A DNA stretch of 20,253 nt from Myxococcota bacterium. GTDB lineage: Bacteria > Myxococcota > UBA4151. The position numbers and the translations under genes were made by a program. Shown piece after piece: positions 14,282 to 20,253 of this stretch; the stretch's first letter is position 1; the number at the start of each line of letters is the position of its first letter. The stretch covers positions 1 to 20,253 of the forward strand of contig JBDQPD010000061.1 of assembly GCA_040260805.1 (NCBI GenBank). The letters run 5' to 3'. Under the pieces are notes generated by a model. That model saw only the letters and a program-made list of their open reading frames with translations, did no database searches and was not told where the DNA came from.

Positions 14282-17200
14282 TCAACGGACAAACATTACA
14301 AACTGAATGGGATTGGAACATCTGCGGCTAGCTCCATTACCTACCCCTTGATTTGAATAATTGCAGCCATCAGGGGAAACATTATGTCGTGCAAAGCCGC
14401 TCCAAAAAGGGGCAGGTGTACCTGCCACGCACACCTTTCCATAGCCCGGCCCTAAGTTCGAAAATGTGAGATCAGCACAATCTTGCCCAATCCAATTTTC
14501 CCAAGAGTTAACAACCAAACGGTTTCGATACTCCCGATCATCAACCCAAACATCTCGTCGATGATTCATCGGTACTCGGCCTCGATAATTCCAAGGCTCT
14601 TGCTGACGCCATGCCTCGATGAGGTCAAATCGAGTGGGATGATCCAACTCGTTTTGTTGGTTCACAAAAGCGATCATAACCCGCGAGGCGCCGCGCAAAA
14701 CAGGCATCAGCTCAGCGGGGTATCGTGGAACATTAATCCCGCCATAGTTGTTCGTCTCAGCACGAAAAACTTCCGTCCAGCCTCCTTGGTCTATGGTCAT
14801 GTCACAATAGACTTCAACTGGGTCATGCCCACCCTGTCCATCGGGGTCCAACCAATAGTTGCCATTGGCAGGGTTCACTGCTGAATCGAGCACTAATGAG
14901 CAACTGGAAACTGCAAGGTTTGGGGCGCTACCATCCGGCAGACTGATGCACGCGTTGGTACATCCATCCCGATTGACCTGATTGCCGTCGTCGCAAGCCT
15001 CGCCATCGTCAATGTTCCCATTACCGCACGTATCAAAGGCACAGCCTGAACATCCGTCACCATCGATCTCATTTCCATCATCACAACTTTCGAACCGTCC
15101 CACATGACCATCCCCGCAACGCGTGCAGTCCGTGTCGCAACCGTCATCCCAAACCAGGTTCCCATCATCACAACTTTCGTACCTCGGGTCTCCTACCTGA
15201 AGGTCTTGGCGGACAAGCTGGTCACCACAACGCGCCACACGGCACTCAGCAGTGCAGGCGTCGTCATTGCGGTCGTTGCCATCATCGCAGTCTTCACCGT
15301 TTTGGACTACACCGTCTCCGCAGACGGCGCCGCATGAGGCGGCGTATTCGCTCCCTTGCCATGGCTGACCATCATCATAAAGTTCACCTTCGTCCACCAC
15401 GCCGTCGCCGCACTTGGGACGCCAGGTGTACGGGCGCTTGAGACGTACTTCGTTGCCTTCGTAAGCGGCTATATAATTGATTTCACGACTAAAGTGCCCA
15501 CTAAACGGCTGTCCTATACCGACGAAGTCTAAACCAACAAACCCATCTGGCGTGGCAGACCATAGGTAGAGTTTATGGTTATCATCGCCTGCCGCCAAGG
15601 TCAGACCGTCATAGGAAAATGCTAAGCTTTTCAGATTAAGTCGATTCGGCACATGGAGCGTCATCAGTAATGTTTTGCTTGCTACTTCCCAAATCTTCAC
15701 AGTTCCTCCGTGTGATGCACTGGCAAGGATGCGACCATCCGGACTGAACGCTATCGCCGTCGCTCGTCGAGTGTGACCGTTTAACTCCGTGTACTGAGGT
15801 AAGTTATTTAGATCCCATAATCTTACTTCCCAACGCTGGCCGTGAATCGAGGCAAGCGTTTGACCGTCGGGACTAAACGCAACACCGTTGGTCCAACCAA
15901 TGTTCAGCACATTGACACTTTCTAATCGCTCAAATGTTGTTGCGCTGACAATGTCAATGGAATCGCCAGCGCCTGAGGCAATTGTTTGTCCATCAGGACT
16001 AAAAGCGACACTGTAAACATTGTCATTATGGTGCGCAGCACTTCTCAGGTGAGCACCGCTAGTTACATCCCAGAGATCGATACTATTTCCGATATCGCCA
16101 GAGACGAGCGTTCGACCATCAGGACTATACGCTATCGTATAGACTGCACCATGATTCTGGATCACTCTTCGCTCTTGCCCGCTTGAAGGGTCCCAAAATC
16201 TAATTCTGCCGTCCTCAACTCCTACGGCTAGCGTGCCATCTGTAGGACTAAAGGTTACACTTGTCGCTATATCAGAGTGATTCAGACTGCGAAGAAATGT
16301 TCTTGTGACTGGATCCCAAACCTCAACCCTTGTCCCCCCTGCAAACGCCAAGAACCGTCCATCAGGGCTGAACGCAATACTTCTTATCTGTCCATCAAGT
16401 ATTGATAACATTTGTCGGTTCGAAAGTGAGCCGTCAGGATGAACGGAATCACCATTTTCCAAGCGAAACACACCCTGTTCAAGCACAGCTTCGCTATCTA
16501 ATAATTCCAAGCCGTTTGCCTCGGCTATCTCCTCATTGATTTCAATCAATAATCGTTTACGATTCTGACAGTTCAATGAATTGTTCAAACAGACGACCAC
16601 TGCAGCAGGCGCAACTTCTAGCTGCATCGAATAAAGGTTGGTATTACGCAGCGATCGGTCGTTCCAAACCAGGCGCTCAGCCTGCGCCCTGAAGACCAGC
16701 GCATCGCCCGTACCACGATGCAATACCAAGCTCGGGTACCCGGCTTGCTTTGCGGCGAGCACGACCAAGTCATCGGCTCCGTCATTGTCCATATCCGCAA
16801 TGGCGCAAGCGAAGCGATTATCGATGGGCGGAACGTAACCGCCGCCCTCCCAACTACGAATCGCCTGCTGGCTGTCGCTAGGCAGTGCGCCGTCTGCGTC
16901 CAAATGCACCACCGCAAACCAGCCGCCGCTGTCATCCGTACCGCAGACCAGCAACTCTTCCGCTTCGTCGTCGTCAAGGTTGGCGCGCAAACCACCGCGA
17001 ATGGTCACTTCGCCCTCAGCACCATCAGGACGCGTAATCGTCAGTTCGGCGCCGGAACCGCCCTCGCCTGCTCCCGTCCATTGTATAGGCGGATGGGCGT
17101 AAAAGAGCTTGGCGTTGCTCACGGCCCCGTCATCACCCGGGTGCTTGAGACGAATTCCCAGCCAACGCCCTGCGCCGAGCCAGCGATCTCGAATCGTCAC

Positions 17201-19840
17201 CTGAACATCAAACTCACCGCCATCTCGAAAGGTGTAGTGTAGTGGGATGCCGGCGCGCAGGACCTGCGGTTCTCCATTTACTAGTCGAACCTGAATGGCT
17301 CCCCCTTCAGTACGCTCCATCGCCACCAGCTCGGCGGCAGTACACAGCTCCGCTGGCTCGCAGTCGCCGCTATTGAGCAAGTTGGGAAAGCGCAAGCCCT
17401 GCGCCGTGAGCTGCCAGGTATGCTCACCGCCTTGTGTCATTACAAAGGAGGCGTCGTCACCAAAGGCGACATTTTGCAACTCGGGCGCCTCAAAGCCGCG
17501 GGTTTCCAAGAGCAACTGCTCACGCGCAGCCACCTGTTCGGCGGTTTCGCCGTCGGCTGCCGGGCGACCGTTAGCGGCGCGGGTGATGTAATTGTCCACC
17601 TCATTGAAGTAGCGAGGGCGCAGGCTGCAATCTTGCTCCTCTTGGTTGCCGCCCGCCACGCGAAAGCTCGCCTCGCCGTTCTCGTCGATTTCAAAGGCGC
17701 GGGTTTGGACAAAGCAGTTGCTCACGTTGAGCCACATGCGCAGCCCCTCGGGCGCTAAGTTGTTGGCGTCACGGGCTTGCAAAGTCACCAGCACGCTAGT
17801 GTCATCGGTCCATTCGTTGGGGCTCTGCGCGTTGTTGGCTAGGCTGCGCACCTCAGCGGCGGTGAGCGTGGCGATTACCGGCGGTCCCGGGATCTGCACA
17901 ATGCGTAAGCGAGCGTTGGCGGGTGTGGCGCCGTGGGCTAAGCGGTAGACGCAAGTGGCGACATTGCCGCCCGCAGTGAGCGCTAAGTTACCTTGTCCAA
18001 AAGTGATGGTGCCGGACTCATCGGTGACGCCCGCTTCGGCGAACTGCGCGCAGCTCTCGCCCGCTTCTAAATCAACGCTCAAGCCGCGGTTCGCCAAGCC
18101 GGCGCCTTGGGTGTTGAGCACCCAGATCGCCAAGCTCTGCGTCAGCGCCGTACCGGCGCGCATCGTGAGCGTCGGCAGGCCTTCTTCCACCGGCAAGGCT
18201 TGCCCGTCCAAGGTCATGGTCAAGCTGGCGGCAGAGCCCTCACCGACTTGCACGGTGGTGGTGGCGGTCACCGGACCGCCCTCGGTTTGCAGGGTGCCCG
18301 TAACTAAGGCGTCACCGACCTCGTTGGCTCGCAAAACGCTCACTCGAAAGCGCCCATCGGGACCGGTGGTGCCGGTGAGCGTCTGCGCGTTGGTCCAGTT
18401 GGCGGCGAGCACCAAGCTCTGCGGTGCCGTAATCTGCACCGGCACATTGGGCACGGCGTTGGCGGCGTCATCGACGCCGTCGAGCACCGTGTAGGTGAGC
18501 TCACCCGCTGCGCCTCCAAGTAAGGCTTCGACCACACCCGTAGGGCTGACCACCAAATGCGCCGGATCGCCGGGAGCGACGTTGATCGAGACCTGGTCGC
18601 TCACCTCGCTGCCCACCGGCTGAGCGCGGAGTTGAATGGGGTTTGAGTAGGTGGCGCGGCTCACCACCCGAACGGTCAAATCTGCTGCCTCAAGCTCAGG
18701 GTCAATGGTGACCACCTCGCTGATCAGCGGCTCGTTTGAGCCCGCGAGGCGAAGCGCCTCGGCATGCCCCACCGAAGCCATAGTAAAGCGAAACTGAAGC
18801 GGCGGGCGCGTGTCGGGTTGGTCGTCACTTGGCGGCAAACCGGCGCGCACCACCTTGTTGTCCTCGGCGTCAAAGGCGGTCACGCGAAAGCTCAGCTCGG
18901 CGCCTGAGCGCACCGGGTCGGGCCACTGCCCGTGCGGCATGAGCTGCACGCGCTGCACCACGCCAGCGCTGACCTCGACCGCCAGCTTCTTAGGCGGGAC
19001 CTCGTATTCGGCGAGGCGTGCGACAATACGACCGCCGCCGAGCAGGCGCGCAGGACAGACCGCCTGAACCGAGACTTCCCCGAGCCCGTCGCTGGTGCGC
19101 AGCCGTGGGCTTACCCCCTCTAAGCCGCCTTCGGTGTCAAACAGCACGCGTACGCCAGGTACGCCGCCGCCGTTCGCGTTAACCACCCGAAAGCGCACCA
19201 CCGCGGTAAAGTCGCCAGCGCGGCAGGTCACCCGGGGCTCAGGCTCACCCTCGCCCGGCTCGGCGGGCGCTACCAACACCAACCCCGTGGGTGTGCCGGC
19301 GCGGGTCCTGCCTTGCAGGGTCATGTGCTCGGTGCCATCGCTGGCGGTAAAGAAGCCGCCTGGGTTGATCCGAATCGACCAGCCGGCGCGCAGCGTGCCG
19401 GGTTGCACGCAAAAGGAGGCGTAGCCGTCGTCGTCCGTGGCTGCTGCGAGCGCAAGGCTCGGCAGCTCATCATCGCCGGGCGCCGCGCAGCCGCCGTCGC
19501 TCAGCGCTAAGCGCACTGGGCTGGCGTCGAGTGTGCGCGAGAGCAGTTTGTTTGCGCCGCCGTCACCCGCTGCGGCGTCGCTGGCGCCGGAGTCACCGAG
19601 CCCTGCGTCAACCGCTGCGCCCGAATCAAGCGCCAAGCCGGTATCGGGCGCCCCCGTGTCCAAAACATAGCCCGTGTCTTGTGCGCCCGAGTCCACCGGC
19701 GGTCCCGCATCGGTCACAGGCGGCGCCTCTTGCACCACCTCAAGCGCGACGTTGCGCCCGCTCAGCGGGTTATCAAAACCATCGAGCAAGCGCACCCGCA
19801 CAAGACGCCCAGCGGGTTGATCCACGTCCAAAAACAGCAC
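14282..19840 (-). CDS. Giant modular surface protein, main segment: Ig-like/Big-1 domains, FG-GAP repeats, 7-bladed WD40 propeller, Myxococcus-type Cys-rich (DUF4215-like) repeats, C-terminal fibrinogen-like domain
   Basis: 1852-aa ORF. Invasin-like motifs (GVPGVRVLF, TSDGLGEVSV, TGPDGRFRV, TDESGTITF). FG-GAP motifs ANLDDDEAEELLV and ADMDNDGADDLVV. Seven S-x-A-F-S-P-D-G...W-D-type blades. CGDG..E.CDDGN repeats. YWLDPDG..VYCDMTIDQGGWT. The true start lies upstream, because the frame continues through the TGA at 19862-19864. Confidence 0.88.
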   Translation of the reverse strand: MLFLDVDQPAGRLVRVRLLDGFDNPLSGRNVALEVVQEAPPVTDAGPPVDSGAQDTGYVLDTGAPDTGLALDSGAAVDAGLGDSGASDAAAGDGGANKLLSRTLDASPVRLALSDGGCAAPGDDELPSLALAAATDDDGYASFCVQPGTLRAGWSIRINPGGFFTASDGTEHMTLQGRTRAGTPTGLVLVAPAEPGEGEPEPRVTCRAGDFTAVVRFRVVNANGGGVPGVRVLFDTEGGLEGVSPRLRTSDGLGEVSVQAVCPARLLGGGRIVARLAEYEVPPKKLAVEVSAGVVQRVQLMPHGQWPDPVRSGAELSFRVTAFDAEDNKVVRAGLPPSDDQPDTRPPLQFRFTMASVGHAEALRLAGSNEPLISEVVTIDPELEAADLTVRVVSRATYSNPIQLRAQPVGSEVSDQVSINVAPGDPAHLVVSPTGVVEALLGGAAGELTYTVLDGVDDAANAVPNVPVQITAPQSLVLAANWTNAQTLTGTTGPDGRFRVSVLRANEVGDALVTGTLQTEGGPVTATTTVQVGEGSAASLTMTLDGQALPVEEGLPTLTMRAGTALTQSLAIWVLNTQGAGLANRGLSVDLEAGESCAQFAEAGVTDESGTITFGQGNLALTAGGNVATCVYRLAHGATPANARLRIVQIPGPPVIATLTAAEVRSLANNAQSPNEWTDDTSVLVTLQARDANNLAPEGLRMWLNVSNCFVQTRAFEIDENGEASFRVAGGNQEEQDCSLRPRYFNEVDNYITRAANGRPAADGETAEQVAAREQLLLETRGFEAPELQNVAFGDDASFVMTQGGEHTWQLTAQGLRFPNLLNSGDCEPAELCTAAELVAMERTEGGAIQVRLVNGEPQVLRAGIPLHYTFRDGGEFDVQVTIRDRWLGAGRWLGIRLKHPGDDGAVSNAKLFYAHPPIQWTGAGEGGSGAELTITRPDGAEGEVTIRGGLRANLDDDEAEELLVCGTDDSGGWFAVVHLDADGALPSDSQQAIRSWEGGGYVPPIDNRFACAIADMDNDGADDLVVLAAKQAGYPSLVLHRGTGDALVFRAQAERLVWNDRSLRNTNLYSMQLEVAPAAVVVCLNNSLNCQNRKRLLIEINEEIAEANGLELLDSEAVLEQGVFRLENGDSVHPDGSLSNRQMLSILDGQIRSIAFSPDGRFLAFAGGTRVEVWDPVTRTFLRSLNHSDIATSVTFSPTDGTLAVGVEDGRIRFWDPSSGQERRVIQNHGAVYTIAYSPDGRTLVSGDIGNSIDLWDVTSGAHLRSAAHHNDNVYSVAFSPDGQTIASGAGDSIDIVSATTFERLESVNVLNIGWTNGVAFSPDGQTLASIHGQRWEVRLWDLNNLPQYTELNGHTRRATAIAFSPDGRILASASHGGTVKIWEVASKTLLMTLHVPNRLNLKSLAFSYDGLTLAAGDDNHKLYLWSATPDGFVGLDFVGIGQPFSGHFSREINYIAAYEGNEVRLKRPYTWRPKCGDGVVDEGELYDDGQPWQGSEYAASCGAVCGDGVVQNGEDCDDGNDRNDDACTAECRVARCGDQLVRQDLQVGDPRYESCDDGNLVWDDGCDTDCTRCGDGHVGRFESCDDGNEIDGDGCSGCAFDTCGNGNIDDGEACDDGNQVNRDGCTNACISLPDGSAPNLAVSSCSLVLDSAVNPANGNYWLDPDGQGGHDPVEVYCDMTIDQGGWTEVFRAETNNYGGINVPRYPAELMPVLRGASRVMIAFVNQQNELDHPTRFDLIEAWRQQEPWNYRGRVPMNHRRDVWVDDREYRNRLVVNSWENWIGQDCADLTFSNLGPGYGKVCVAGTPAPFWSGFARHNVSPDGCNYSNQGVGNGASRRCSNPIQFVMFVR
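14948..15412 (-). repeat. Five Myxococcus-type Cys-rich (DUF4215-like) repeats, the first degenerate
   Basis: CGDG-x(n)-E-x-CDDGN-x4-D-G/A-C-x2-3-C units in the translation. Confidence 0.85.
15557..16399 (-). repeat. Seven WD40 repeats inside the giant gene
   Basis: SIAFSPDG..VWD, SVTFSPTDG..FWD, TIAYSPDG..LWD, SVAFSPDG..IVS, GVAFSPDG..LWD, AIAFSPDG..IWE, SLAFSYDG..LWS. Confidence 0.9.
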
Positions 19841-19861
19841 GCGATCGGCGACCGCGAGCGG

Positions 19862-20253
19862 TCAGGGTGACCCGCTCGCCCACTCCAAGGTGCCTAGGGT
19901 CTCAATGTCCAAGGTCACTCGCGCCGTGTCTTCTTGGGCGAGCACAACAAAGGGGTAGCTCTCGACCACCGGCGGGTCGGCGGCGATGCGCGCGCCCAGG
20001 CTAAACGCCCCGGCGCCGCCACGGCTCACCAGCACCACCGAGCACTGCCCTTGGGCGTCGCTCAAGCAGCGGTCGCCCTCGGGAAAGCGCACCAGATCGG
20101 CGAAGTTGTCGGTCTGGACCGAAAAAACGGTCTCAACGCCTGCGAGCGGCTCACCCGCCACGCTGCGCACCTCTAACACCAAACGCAGCGCTTGGCCGGC
20201 GACCACCGAGCTTGGCTCTGCCGCGACCTCGCCCACGGCGGTGGTCAGGCTCA
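19862..20253 (-). CDS. N-terminal segment (5'-partial) of the giant protein, separated from the main ORF by one in-frame TGA
   Basis: The frame is open to the window end (..SLTTAVGEVAAEP..) and is the same frame as 14282..19840, with 21 nt between the TGA and the GTG. It aligns with the N-terminal Ig-like region of the 295-aa paralogue. Confidence 0.8.
   Translation of the reverse strand, partial: SLTTAVGEVAAEPSSVVAGQALRLVLEVRSVAGEPLAGVETVFSVQTDNFADLVRFPEGDRCLSDAQGQCSVVLVSRGGAGAFSLGARIAADPPVVESYPFVVLAQEDTARVTLDIETLGTLEWASGSP

Noticed and set aside
14282..14937. Diversity-generating retroelement target at the variable C-terminus
   Set aside because: No reverse transcriptase and no template/variable repeat pair differing at adenines was seen in the window. 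A trans-acting element elsewhere cannot be excluded.
19840..19864. Selenocysteine insertion or an alternative genetic code at the in-frame TGA
   Set aside because: The paralogue has Asp, not Cys, at this position. The hairpin is short and close to the codon, and such stems are common at this GC content. TGA serves as a normal stop for several genes here (391, 1817, 6293, 11930).

Overview
GC-rich bacterial window. The lipoprotein linkers and Cys-rich repeats suggest Myxococcota or a relative, which is an inference. The left half (1-9313) looks like a photo-oxidative stress island. A minus-strand operon encodes an Fe-S cluster bacterial cryptochrome/(6-4) photolyase, an atypical SDR and a membrane protein that the ORF track missed. 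A plus-strand operon encodes a FAD oxidoreductase, DUF1365 and two CFA-family methyltransferases, matching the furan fatty acid (UfaD/UfaO/UfaM-type) gene set. A fibrinogen-domain lipoprotein gene sits between the two operons. The right half (9314-20253) is a modular, apparently rearranged locus of surface lipoproteins with eukaryote-like domains. It includes a lipoprotein with six TNFR-like Cys-rich repeats fused to an HExxHxxGxxH metalloprotease whose Met-turn Met is replaced by Thr. It also includes a giant protein with Ig-like, FG-GAP, WD40, Cys-repeat and fibrinogen domains, a low-GC 3' part and a single in-frame TGA. Two truncated members of the giant gene's family are each cut where a convergent lipoprotein gene ends. 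No RNA genes, CRISPR arrays, transposases, recombinases or reverse transcriptases were recognised. All family calls come from motif recognition, not database searches.
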